A stretch of DNA of 64,000 bases. Source: Candidatus Brennerbacteria bacterium. GTDB taxonomy: Bacteria; Patescibacteriota; Minisyncoccia; UBA6257; GWB1-50-10. This document shows, piece by piece, positions 1 through 8,555 of the stretch (position 1 is its first letter; each line of letters opens with the position of its first letter). Below the pieces are notes generated by a model, which did no database searches, was not told the origin of the DNA, and saw nothing but the letters and a program-made list of their open reading frames with translations. The DNA is taken from assembly GCA_016183535.1 (NCBI GenBank), contig JACPEK010000006.1, positions 38,015 through 102,014 on the forward strand. The letters run 5' to 3'. The position numbers were made by a program, and so were the translations under genes.

Positions 1-870
1 CACCATGCGTCGCAACATCCTCCGTTTCGTCGCAGTGCGGAGTACGCGGTGGTCAGGGAAGTGAACCCAACCGAGGAAGTCCACGCCGGAAGCGAGGGTA
101 CAAATGGAAACTTTGTCGGGATGGAGGTCGAGTTTCAGCCGCTCCTTAAGAAAGGTGGTAAGTTCGGGAAGAATGTGCGCAAGCCGCGCACGGCCCTGCG
201 AAAGCACCGTAAAATCATCGGCGTAGCGGAGGTAATGTTTCACTTTGAGTTTGTGTTTTACGAATTGGTCAAATTCGTTCATGTATACGTTCACGAGAAG
301 CTGGGAGGTGAGGTTGCCGAGTGGCAGGCCTTTCCCCTCTGCGCCAGAGGAGAAACTTTCGATTATGCGCTTGAGAAACCACATAACGTTCTCGTCTTTA
401 ATACCTCTCTCAAGAATCTCGATGAGAATGGTGTGGTTAATACTCGCGAAGAATTTTCTCACGTCGCACTTGAGAACCCAACAGGTGCGGGTGTTGTTGC
501 TACTGACTTTGTATGCAAACGAGCGGAACCTATTTATAGCTCGGTGGGTTCCCTTCCCCACGCGGCATGAGAAAGAATCGGCGATGAACCTCCGGTCAAA
601 ATAAGGGTAGAGGACGCGGTAGGCGGCGTGGTGGAGGAGGCGGTCGCGGACGGTCGCTTTGTGGATGTTCCGCGGTTTGGGGTCAGTAATGTTGAAGGCG
701 CGGTAAGGCCCATGGCGATACCTGCCGCTCACGAGGTCGCGGTGGAGCGCGAAGATATTATCCATGAGTCGTAGACCGAACTCTTGCACGTCCGGCTTTC
801 CCCGTTTCCCGCGCAAAAATCCGCGCCACGCTTCGAGTAAGTTTTCGACGCTCGTGATATCCTCAAACAT
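1..870 (-). CDS. reverse transcriptase, DGR/retron-type; C-terminus runs off the window start (3'-partial)
   Basis: Minus-strand translation from ATG 870..868 gives MFEDITSVENLLEAWRGFLRGKRGKPDVQEFGLRLMDNIFALHRDLVSGRYRHGPYRAFNITDPKPRNIHKATVRDRLLHHAAYRVLYPYF... It continues through KCDVRKFFASINHTILIEIL, GLPLGNLTSQLLVNVYMNEFD, the catalytic LRYADDFTV (YADD codons at 214-228) and HPDKVSI..ASGVDFLGW, with no stop down to position 1. It is absent from the ORF track because it is open-ended. The plus-strand ORFs 49..570 and 245..604 are its antisense. Confidence 0.85.
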   Translation of the reverse strand, partial: MFEDITSVENLLEAWRGFLRGKRGKPDVQEFGLRLMDNIFALHRDLVSGRYRHGPYRAFNITDPKPRNIHKATVRDRLLHHAAYRVLYPYFDRRFIADSFSCRVGKGTHRAINRFRSFAYKVSSNNTRTCWVLKCDVRKFFASINHTILIEILERGIKDENVMWFLKRIIESFSSGAEGKGLPLGNLTSQLLVNVYMNEFDQFVKHKLKVKHYLRYADDFTVLSQGRARLAHILPELTTFLKERLKLDLHPDKVSICTLASGVDFLGWVHFPDHRVLRTATKRRMLRRMV

Positions 871-1254
871 ATGCAACCTATAACCCCCCCCCCCCGACGC
901 AATCAGCTGCCGGTAATCCAGAAACTGGTGGCGGCGTATAAACTGTGGCACGCGTTAGTACAAAATTTTCGCAGGACATCACGTTACACGCTCGGAGCAA
1001 AAATCGATTCCTTGCTTCTTGAGGTGATTGAAAACACCGTCGCCGCAAGTTACCTGCCTATCCATGAAAAATCATCCGTACTCGCGAAGTCAATCTCAAA
1101 ACTAGACTTCGTAAAGTTCTTTCTCGAGGTGGCGTGGGAAATAAAAGAATTGGACTCTAAGAAATACATCGCCGTTTCCGAAAAGCTTGATGAAGCGGGC
1201 CGCATGCTCGGCGGATGGAAAAAGGGCCTCGAAAAGAAAACTCTCGCTCAATAG
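871..1254 (+). CDS. avd: Avd-like accessory variability determinant (four-helix-bundle protein, TIGR02436-like)
   Basis: 127 aa. Resembles Bordetella-phage bAvd in pattern (e.g. ...KLDEAGRMLGGWKKG vs ...IAEVGRILGSWIARV). The start ATG directly abuts the divergent RT start (CATATG at 868-873). Contains a C12 homopolymer at 884-895 encoding TPPPR. Confidence 0.7.
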   Translation: MQPITPPPRRNQLPVIQKLVAAYKLWHALVQNFRRTSRYTLGAKIDSLLLEVIENTVAASYLPIHEKSSVLAKSISKLDFVKFFLEVAWEIKELDSKKYIAVSEKLDEAGRMLGGWKKGLEKKTLAQ

Positions 1255-1271
1255 GAGCGAGAGAAACAGTG

Positions 1272-1389
1272 AGTTTCGGGACCACGAGACGAAGCCTGCC
1301 CCCAGCGAACCACACGCTGCCGTCCTCAAGCCGGCGCACGCGCACCCTGAGCGCGCCGCCCGAGCGCACGAACACGTCAGCAACGAAGA
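1272..1389. repeat. DGR repeat copy A (118 bp), TR candidate; lies 18 nt after the avd stop
   Basis: Near-identical to 1709..1826: 115/118 identical. The differences are A1276 t / B1713 g, A1297 t / B1734 a, and A1345 c / B1782 a. Confidence 0.7.
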
Positions 1390-1620
1390 CAATATGTACG
1401 AGGAGCCGTCTGCGCCACCACCCGTCGAATGTTCTCCGGGTTGTATCGTATGCGGGACCTTGAAGTCCTCCAGCTCGCCGCACCAACTGGCTGTTTTTTG
1501 TTTTGAAAACCGCACCCACGCTTTTGCAAGACGTGTCCGGCAAAATTCTCGGATCCGATATTCAGCAACCGCCACTTGAAGCCGTAGCCGCAAGATAGTT
1601 CCGGATTGCACTTTTTACTG

Positions 1621-1662
1621 TACAAAAAATCCCTTAGATTCTCAAACGCGAGAGTCTAAGGG
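1621..1662 (-). terminator. hairpin plus T-run downstream of the candidate DGR target gene (possible DGR 3' hairpin/cruciform or rho-independent terminator)
   Basis: The plus strand reads cccttagattctc-aaacgc-gagagtctaaggg, a 13-bp stem with one G-U pair. On the minus strand it is followed by ATTTTTTGTA. Confidence 0.6.
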
Positions 1663-1701
1663 ATTAAAGAATTAAATAATCGATCACTAAAGCACAAAGC
1701 G

Positions 1702-2226
1702 TCAAGCCAGTTGCGGGACCACGAGACGAAGCCAGCCCCCAGCGAACCACACGCTGCCGTCCTCAAGCCGGCGCACGCGCAACCTGAGCGCGCCGCCCGA
1801 GCGCACGAACACGTCAGCAACGAAGAATTTCCCCTTCGATCGGAAGAGAAAAAACGTTCCGTAGCCGTCCGTGCGAAGCCAGCCGCGGTGCTTTCTGACA
1901 AAGTTCTTGATCTGGGACTGTGTGAGGCAGAGCTTGTTCAAATCGTTTGAAAGCGACCCGAACATTTGCGCGAACGTGGCATTCTGAACCATTTCGTAGA
2001 CGCTCGCGGGCGTCTCTCCCGTCGCAGAACCCGCCTCGTCGGCACCGTAGTTCACGAAATCGGAATCGATGTAGGTGAAAATGTCTGTTGCCTTCGCGAG
2101 CGTTTCCGATCCGTCAACGGCATCGAGAACGATCGAGGTACCGGCCGAAATCAGCTTCAGGAATGCGTGCTTCGCGCCGTTTGCAGCTGCCACCATGAGC
2201 TGGATCTCGTTCAATTTGCGTGCCAT
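1702..2226 (-). CDS. hypothetical protein, candidate DGR target (C-terminal ~38 aa encoded by repeat copy B)
   Basis: ORF 1702..2259 trimmed to M12 (MARKLNEIQLMVAAANG...), which is preceded by GGAGGTG 6 nt upstream. Codon usage is coherent. The C-terminus ...FVADVFVRSGGALRLRVRRLEDGSVWFAGGWLRLVVPQLA is encoded by the repeat. Confidence 0.55.
   Translation of the reverse strand: MARKLNEIQLMVAAANGAKHAFLKLISAGTSIVLDAVDGSETLAKATDIFTYIDSDFVNYGADEAGSATGETPASVYEMVQNATFAQMFGSLSNDLNKLCLTQSQIKNFVRKHRGWLRTDGYGTFFLFRSKGKFFVADVFVRSGGALRLRVRRLEDGSVWFAGGWLRLVVPQLA
1709..1826. repeat. DGR repeat copy B (118 bp), VR candidate; forms the 3' end of the minus-strand gene 1702..2226
   Basis: See copy A. The repeat ends about 5 nt before the stop codon of the 174-aa gene and is followed (on the minus strand) by a 13-bp hairpin. 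Confidence 0.7.
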
Positions 2227-2428
2227 GAGGCACCTCCATATATTTTGGCCACCCACCACTCCCTCGTTTGTTCGGGAGTATCGGGCTAGCCATTGTTAAT
2301 TTTGCTTTTCCATTATAGCACGCATCAATATAAAAGTCAAATTCCTGTCATGGTTCAATACCTTGTAATCACCTAGGGTATGAAGATGGCATATTCAACC
2401 AATCTTCCCTTTCCCCTTCCTCTGGCAC

Positions 2429-2464
2429 GGTGCTTCGATTAATCGAAGCACCTGTGGTATAATA
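2429..2464 (+). promoter_or_regulatory. 24-bp perfect palindrome (ggtgcttcgattaatcgaagcacc) abutting an extended -10 TGgTATAAT; putative operator/promoter of the yerC-like gene
   Basis: Perfect dyad at 2429-2452. TGGTATAAT is at 2455-2463, about 50 nt before the ATG at 2515. Confidence 0.5.
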
Positions 2465-2514
2465 AACAAGGTAACAAGGTTGATGGTACTACGAACAAAC
2501 CACAACATATAAAT

Positions 2515-2904
2515 ATGGTCCGGGTAAATAAAACCCAATTCCCCGTGAAGTTGAGGAGAGAGGCGCGGGAGCGTCTCCGACGCTTGCTCCACGGAACGGC
2601 TTCCGGCGAGGAACTTTTTCGCACTCTCGCGCAAATTCTCACGCCCATGGAGTTGCTCCTCATTGAGAAACGGCTCGCCATACCAATCCTTCTCGCGCGC
2701 GGCATGAGCTACCGCGAGATTGGGCGCACTATTGATGTGGGCCCTGCCGCCATCAGCTTCGTGAAACATCACCTCACGCGAAAGCCGAGGGTGCCGCGCC
2801 GTTACGACGCCCTCCCTCCGATTCGCAGGAGCAAGGAACACTGGATGGAAAAACAAAAGCGAGGCAAGAAACAATACTACATGGGCGTGAGAGTAGTTTG
2901 GTAA
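2515..2904 (+). CDS. TrpR-like / YerC-YecD family DNA-binding protein
   Basis: ...GEELFRTLAQILTPMELLLIEKRLAIPILLARGMSYREIGRTIDVGPAAISFVKHHL matches the TrpR/YerC helix-turn-helix pattern. Confidence 0.55.
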   Translation: MVRVNKTQFPVKLRREARERLRRLLHGTASGEELFRTLAQILTPMELLLIEKRLAIPILLARGMSYREIGRTIDVGPAAISFVKHHLTRKPRVPRRYDALPPIRRSKEHWMEKQKRGKKQYYMGVRVVW

Positions 2905-2930
2905 ATAGAGCAGATAAACCGCCATGTGCG

Positions 2931-2969
2931 AAACAAAAAACAAAGCGCTTCGATTAATCGAAGCGCTTT
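2931..2969 (-). terminator. rho-independent terminator of serS (28-bp perfect palindrome aaagcgcttcgattaatcgaagcgcttt followed by a T-run on the minus strand)
   Basis: It shares the 18-bp core gcttcgattaatcgaagc with the upstream palindrome at 2429-2452. Confidence 0.6.
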
Positions 2970-3005
2970 GTGCTGTCTCACCACTACCATTCCCCTTGCT
3001 TTTCC

Positions 3006-4262
3006 CTACTTTCCTATCTCCTTCTTCCCAAGATATGCTTGGAGCACTTTCGGGATCTTTACGGTGCCGTCCTTGGTTTGATTATTCTCAATGATCGCGA
3101 TTAAGGTGCGGCCGATCGCGAACGCGGTGCCGTTCAGCATGTGAGCGTACGCTTTCTCGCCGCTTTTTCTCTTCACTTTTACGTTCACCCCACGCGCCTG
3201 AAAATCGGTGGTGTTCGAGCACGACTGCGTCTCGCGATACGTTCCCTCGCTCGGAAACCACGTTTCGATGTCGAATTGACGCGCGTCGGTCCATCCCATG
3301 TCGCCTACGCAGATTTCGACAACGCGATACGGGAGTTCCAATTTCTGCATGAGTTCCTCCTGTCGATCGAGGAGGAAGCGGTGTTCTTTTTCCGACTCGG
3401 CGGGGTTGGCGAACGAAAACATCTCCACCTTGTCGAATTGGTGAACCCGCAAAATTCCTTTCGTATCTTTGCCGTAGCTCCCCGCCTCCCGCCGGAAGCA
3501 GGTAGAAAATCCGACGTATCGCCGCGGAAGCGATTGCTCGTCAAGCATCTCATCCATATGCAAGGGCCCCAAGGTGTGTTCCGCGCTCCCCACGAGGTAG
3601 AGATCATCCTTCGGAAGATAATACCGCTCTTCTTTCTGATCCGACGCGAGACGTCCCATGCCCATGAATACCTCGGGGCGTATCATTACCGGCGGCACCA
3701 CCGGCACAAAGCCGCGCGCGGTCAGAACCTCCATCGCGAGACGGACGAGCGCAAATTCGAGGAGCGCGCCGTCCCCCATGAGATACCCAAAGCGGCTTCC
3801 CGCGACCGTGGCGGCCCGCTTCACCTCGATCATCCCGAGCGGCTGGGCGATCGCAAGGTAGTCCTTCGGTTTGAAATCAAACCGCGGCTTTTCTCCGACT
3901 TCGCGAAGCGTCTTATTCCCCGACGCATCGAAACCGTCCAGCACGTCCGAAAACGGCGGATTCGGAAACTGTTCAAGAAGCACGGCCCGTTTTTTTTCGA
4001 CGTCCGCGAGCGACGCCGCCACCTCCGCGATGCGGTTCTTTAATATTTGCGCCTGCGAGAGAAGTTCCTCGCTTCTCGTCTCCGCGAGCGATTTCGACGC
4101 GGTCCTCTGTTCAGCCTGCAAAACATCAAGCGCCGCCCGTTTCGTGCGCCAGTTTTGGTCTACCCGCAGAAACTTTTCGACGAACTTCGGATCCACCCTC
4201 TTTCGTGCGAGGGCTCGCTTCGCGTCTTCCGGATTATCACGCAACCACTGAATATCAATCAT
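3006..4262 (-). CDS. serS: seryl-tRNA synthetase
   Basis: N-terminal coiled-coil plus the class II core; TCFRREAGSYGKDTKGILRVHQFDKVE motif. Confidence 0.95.
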   Translation of the reverse strand: MIDIQWLRDNPEDAKRALARKRVDPKFVEKFLRVDQNWRTKRAALDVLQAEQRTASKSLAETRSEELLSQAQILKNRIAEVAASLADVEKKRAVLLEQFPNPPFSDVLDGFDASGNKTLREVGEKPRFDFKPKDYLAIAQPLGMIEVKRAATVAGSRFGYLMGDGALLEFALVRLAMEVLTARGFVPVVPPVMIRPEVFMGMGRLASDQKEERYYLPKDDLYLVGSAEHTLGPLHMDEMLDEQSLPRRYVGFSTCFRREAGSYGKDTKGILRVHQFDKVEMFSFANPAESEKEHRFLLDRQEELMQKLELPYRVVEICVGDMGWTDARQFDIETWFPSEGTYRETQSCSNTTDFQARGVNVKVKRKSGEKAYAHMLNGTAFAIGRTLIAIIENNQTKDGTVKIPKVLQAYLGKKEIGK

Positions 4263-5706
4263 GTTTTTTACCTTCCGGCCTCATCAAAGGGAACAATGTG
4301 GTTTCACGGATCGGTTTGTCCATGAGGATTGCGAAGAGACGCTCGGAGAGACCGAAGCCCGCCGCGGGCGGCATGCCATACTCCAACGCTTCGATGAAAT
4401 CCTCGTCCATCCGCTGGGCTTCGCGATCTCCCGCCGCCCGCGCCTTCTCCTGTTCTTTAAAACGCGCGCGCTGATCTACGGGATCGTTCAGTTCCGAAAA
4501 TCCTTTCCCCAACTCCGTGCCACCCGCCACAATCTGAAAACGCGCGACGCGAGTTCGATCGTGCGACAGACGCTTCGCGAGCGGTTCCACCTCCACCGGC
4601 GGGTCCACGAGGAAACACGGCTGGGTCAGCTTTGGCCGCACGGTTTTTTTATAGATGAGATCAATAAGCCGCCCCTTCTTCGCGTTCGGCTCTGGTTTCG
4701 CGCCCACCCTCACCGCTTTTAACCTCAACTCCTTCTCGGTCGCCTTCGCAAGATCGAGACCCGTTGCTTTCTTGAACGCGTCGAAGTAGTCCACCCGCTT
4801 CCATTTCGCATTCCATTTAAGCGTCTCTTTCCCGAATTTGGTCGTCGTGCCGCCCGTCGTTTCTTTCACCACTTGTTTATAGAGCGCCTCTGTGAACCTC
4901 ATCATTCGCTCGTAATCCCAGTACGCGGCATAACACTCCATCTGCGTGTAATCCTGAAGATGTTCCCGGTCGATCCCTTCGTTCCGGAAGACGCGCCCGA
5001 TTTCGAATACCTTCTCGAATCCGCCGACCAAGAGGCGCTTCAAGGGAAGCTCCAAGGAGATGCGAAGGTAAAAATCGGCATCAAGCGCGTTAAGGTGCGT
5101 GACAAAGGGTTCCGCATCGGCGCCGCCGGGGACCGCTTCTAAAACCCCCGTTTCTACCTCATGAAATCCTTCAGCGATAAGCTCACGCCGGATCGTACTC
5201 CAAAACCGCTCTTTTTTGAGAAAGAGTTCTTTCGTCTCCGGGTGTACCAGTAAATCAAGATAGCGTTTCCGGAGGCGCGTCTCCACGTCCTCAAGTCCAT
5301 ACCAGTGCACGGGGAACGGACGCATGCTTTTCACCGCGATACGGAGCGCCGCCACCGCAAGACTTTTCGTTCCGCGCTTCGTCGTCGTGGGGATTCCTTT
5401 CGCTTCCACGAAATCGCCGACGTCCAATGTTTGCTTGAGAAACGCAAACCGTTTTGTGACGCCGTGCGCAAGCACTAATTGGATGGCGCCGCTCTCGTCC
5501 GCACAATTCGCAAACACGATTTTCCCCTGATCGCGGAGCGAGGTAACGCGGCCCACAAGCGTGAGGGAGGATTTTTTCTTTCTGCCGAATGAGCCGAGCG
5601 CTTCCGCGATATGCACATCGCGAACCACGCGCGCGGGATAGGAGTCGGCTTCGCGCTCGTACCGTTCCCGTTTCCTCGCCCGTTCCGCCAGAATATCTTC
5701 CAGCAT
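4255..5706 (-). CDS. lysS: lysyl-tRNA synthetase, class II
   Basis: OB-fold N-terminus; FEIGRVFRNEGIDREHLQDYTQMECY core motifs. Confidence 0.95.
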   Translation of the reverse strand: MLEDILAERARKRERYEREADSYPARVVRDVHIAEALGSFGRKKKSSLTLVGRVTSLRDQGKIVFANCADESGAIQLVLAHGVTKRFAFLKQTLDVGDFVEAKGIPTTTKRGTKSLAVAALRIAVKSMRPFPVHWYGLEDVETRLRKRYLDLLVHPETKELFLKKERFWSTIRRELIAEGFHEVETGVLEAVPGGADAEPFVTHLNALDADFYLRISLELPLKRLLVGGFEKVFEIGRVFRNEGIDREHLQDYTQMECYAAYWDYERMMRFTEALYKQVVKETTGGTTTKFGKETLKWNAKWKRVDYFDAFKKATGLDLAKATEKELRLKAVRVGAKPEPNAKKGRLIDLIYKKTVRPKLTQPCFLVDPPVEVEPLAKRLSHDRTRVARFQIVAGGTELGKGFSELNDPVDQRARFKEQEKARAAGDREAQRMDEDFIEALEYGMPPAAGFGLSERLFAILMDKPIRETTLFPLMRPEGKKHD

Positions 5707-5707
5707 G

Positions 5708-6178
5708 TTATTCGATCCTCACCACCTGATATGCGTTCATTCCTTTCGGCGTGGTAATGGTCACCGTATCACCCACCTTTTTTCCGAGAAGCGCGCAACC
5801 AAGGGGCGATTCGTTCGAGATAAACCCCTCGGCGGGTTTTGCTTCGTTTGAACCGACGATCGCGAACGTCGTTTCGCTAAAACCTTCGCCGAGCCGCGTT
5901 ACCGTCACCCTACCGCCAATTCGCACGGTGGAATTCCCGCCCGTTTTTTTGATGATGACGGAGTTGCGGAGAAGCTCTTCGAGTTCATGGATCCGTCCCT
6001 CGAGGCGGGATTGCTCTTCCCGCGCATCGTGGTAATCAAAATTCTCGGAGAGGTCTCCGAGGTCCTTGGCGTTCTTGAGGCGTTCCGCGACGCGCTTGCG
6101 ATCGTCCGTTTTCAGTTTGTGCACTTCCCGAACGATCTCGTCGTATCGTTCCTGGGTGAGGTAGGTGTGGGTGAGCAT
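5708..6178 (-). CDS. greA: transcription elongation factor GreA
   Basis: GDLSENFDYHDAREEQ signature; C-terminal FKBP-like domain. Confidence 0.9.
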   Translation of the reverse strand: MLTHTYLTQERYDEIVREVHKLKTDDRKRVAERLKNAKDLGDLSENFDYHDAREEQSRLEGRIHELEELLRNSVIIKKTGGNSTVRIGGRVTVTRLGEGFSETTFAIVGSNEAKPAEGFISNESPLGCALLGKKVGDTVTITTPKGMNAYQVVRIE

Positions 6179-6198
6179 GATGTTCGGTCGGCGTAACT

Positions 6199-8052
6199 TT
6201 ATTTTTTGATTCGGTGGTCATAGTACCATAGGAACGCGTCGCGTGCCACTGGTATCGTGTTGAGACTCCCCTCCCGCGCGTCTTCGACGAGGATGAGTAA
6301 CGCGAGTTCCGGGTCATCCGCGGGAGCATATCCCGCGAAAAACGCGTTGAGTTTGGCGTTGCCGCTCACCTGCGCGGTGCCGGTTTTTGCCGCAACCGCG
6401 AGGGGAAGATCCGCGAGCGAACGCGCCGTACCGTAGGGAGCCCGCACCACGTCGCGCATGCCCTCCCTCACCTCGGGGATCGCCTCCCCCGCGCGTGCCG
6501 AGAGGTCGGCGCGCACCTCCGACTCGTTCAATATTTTCGTTTCACCCTCTTTCTCCACCGCGCGCGCCACCTGCGGGCGCCAGAGCGTGCCGCCGTTCGC
6601 GATCGCCGCGATGGCATCAAGAAGTCCGAGGGGGGTGACTGTAAGATCGCCCTGCCCGATCGCCACATGATATGTATCCCCCACCCGCCACGGTTCGCCC
6701 CGCGCTGTTTCTTTCCAGGCAGGATCGGGAAGAAACCCTTTTTTTTCTCCGGGAAGATCGATACCCGTCGCTTCTCCCAGCCCGAACCGCTTCCACCACT
6801 CGTTGAGCGTTTCGATGCCGATACCCCGCTGACGCTCGAACCCTCCCGCCACTTCGTAGAAATAGATGTTCGACGATCGCGCGAGTGCGGAACGAATATC
6901 CACCCATCCGTGCGCCTGATTGTCGGGAAAGCGGGTTGGGCGCGAAGAATCGTAGGGGTTCGGCACCTCAATAAAACCGGCGGAAAAAATCCGATCTTCG
7001 GACCCGATTACGCCTTCGCTAAGCGCCGCGATGCCCACCACCGGTTTTATGGTCGAACCTGGATTGTAGGTTCCTTGGAGCGGACGGTTAAAAAGCGGGT
7101 TCCCGGAGGACGTGAGATATTTTGCAACCGCGGCCGGCTCGAAACTCGGAATGGAAACTAAAGCTCTCACTTCGCCGTTCCGGGGATCCATCGCGAGCGC
7201 CGCACCCGCGGTCCTGCCTAATTCGCGGAGGGCGCGCGCGAGACGATCGTAGAGAAATTCTTGAAATTCCCCGTCAATGAAGGTGCGCACCTCCGCGCCC
7301 GCGGTGGGCGCTTCATACCGCGTTTCCCCCTGCGGCTCTCCCCGCGCATTCCGATACGTAACGGTGCGTCCGTCCTTTCCGCGGAGCCACTCGTCGTACG
7401 AAGCCTCGAGCCCCGTACGGCCGATAACGCTCTCGGGACCCAAACGCTCATCGCGCGCGAGATCATCCGTTCCCACGCGACCGGTATATCCCAAAAGGTG
7501 CGCGTACGCGAAGGGATGCGCCGACACGCGCGCGAACGAACGTTCGACACGCACGCCGGGAATCGGGTCCGCGGCCAGCGCGATAAGCGTCTCTCGCGAA
7601 AGACCGTCCGCGAGCACGAGTCGCTCCGAAACATTCCAATCTTTCGCGGCGACGCGGGTTCGGAGATCCGCGGCATCTTCCCCGAAAAGCACGGCGAGAC
7701 GCGCGAGCGCGGCGTTCCGTTCGTCTGAACCGGCGGGAAAATCACGCAGTACGAGCGCCGCGCTCCACGAGGGAACGTTCGAGACAAGCGGCGCACCGAA
7801 CCGATCGCGAATGATACCGCGGGGAGCCGGCTCCACGCGCACATCTGTCATGTTTGCTTCCGCCCGCGCGCGGTAGAAATCGTACTTGAACCCCGCGAGC
7901 GCAAATACTTTGGCGCCCACCGCGACGGCAACCCCGACGGCAATCAAAAGAAAAACCTTGAACGCGCGGTCTCCGAGCGGCACATGGAGGAGCGCGTCCT
8001 GCGCCGCATAATCAGCGAGCACCTCTTCCCATTCAAAGCGCGTTTTTGTCAT
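6199..8052 (-). CDS. mrdA: penicillin-binding protein 2 / peptidoglycan D,D-transpeptidase (MrdA/FtsI family)
   Basis: N-terminal TM, dimerisation domain, STIKP (SxxK) and KTGTAQ (KTG) motifs. Lies immediately downstream of mreBCD. Confidence 0.85.
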   Translation of the reverse strand: MTKTRFEWEEVLADYAAQDALLHVPLGDRAFKVFLLIAVGVAVAVGAKVFALAGFKYDFYRARAEANMTDVRVEPAPRGIIRDRFGAPLVSNVPSWSAALVLRDFPAGSDERNAALARLAVLFGEDAADLRTRVAAKDWNVSERLVLADGLSRETLIALAADPIPGVRVERSFARVSAHPFAYAHLLGYTGRVGTDDLARDERLGPESVIGRTGLEASYDEWLRGKDGRTVTYRNARGEPQGETRYEAPTAGAEVRTFIDGEFQEFLYDRLARALRELGRTAGAALAMDPRNGEVRALVSIPSFEPAAVAKYLTSSGNPLFNRPLQGTYNPGSTIKPVVGIAALSEGVIGSEDRIFSAGFIEVPNPYDSSRPTRFPDNQAHGWVDIRSALARSSNIYFYEVAGGFERQRGIGIETLNEWWKRFGLGEATGIDLPGEKKGFLPDPAWKETARGEPWRVGDTYHVAIGQGDLTVTPLGLLDAIAAIANGGTLWRPQVARAVEKEGETKILNESEVRADLSARAGEAIPEVREGMRDVVRAPYGTARSLADLPLAVAAKTGTAQVSGNAKLNAFFAGYAPADDPELALLILVEDAREGSLNTIPVARDAFLWYYDHRIKK

Positions 8053-8552
8053 GTGCGAAACCGTTCACTCTGGAAGGCGGAGTGGAATCGGCCCGTAGAC
8101 AAACGCCGCCGCTCGAACAGGACAAACGCCGCGATCCCAACAACCATATTCATGACGAGCGAGAGTCCGATCGCTAAAAAATCAATTTCCCCTTTTCCGA
8201 GAAAACCGCCAGCGGCCGCCACAACAGTGCCGAGGGCAAGCAATATCGAAAAATCGGAAAGCCGGTTTCCGGTAAGGAGCGGCGCCGCCCATATGAGAAG
8301 AAGCCATATGAACCCCGCGGCGGCGGCCGTAAGCACCCAAAACGGCGCCATGAAAAACGCGAGGATGAATAGCGCGAACGCGAGAAACCCCGCGAACCAC
8401 CGCGCGCCGAAGAACGCGACAAGTAGCATAAGAATGAATGTCGCAAAAATTCCCGCGCCCCCCGCGCGGAACGCACCGGAGAGCTCCAAAAAAAACGCCA
8501 CGGCGAATCCGGCAGTGAGCCATGCGTAGTGATGGATCGGAACGTGCGGCAT
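8049..8552 (-). CDS. mreD: rod shape-determining protein MreD (polytopic membrane protein)
   Basis: 167-aa hydrophobic protein between mreC and pbp2, with 4-nt overlaps on both sides. Confidence 0.55.
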   Translation of the reverse strand: MPHVPIHHYAWLTAGFAVAFFLELSGAFRAGGAGIFATFILMLLVAFFGARWFAGFLAFALFILAFFMAPFWVLTAAAAGFIWLLLIWAAPLLTGNRLSDFSILLALGTVVAAAGGFLGKGEIDFLAIGLSLVMNMVVGIAAFVLFERRRLSTGRFHSAFQSERFRT

Positions 8553-8555
8553 ATC

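Noticed and set aside
49-604. Plus-strand ORFs 49..570 and 245..604
   Set aside because: Antisense to the reverse transcriptase, whose YADD and other motifs identify the minus strand as coding.
1102-1611. ORFs spanning repeat copy A (1187..1579 plus, 1102..1611 and 1157..1543 minus)
   Set aside because: Low-complexity translations. They overlap the avd 3' end and sit over the candidate template repeat, so the segment is treated as non-coding TR.
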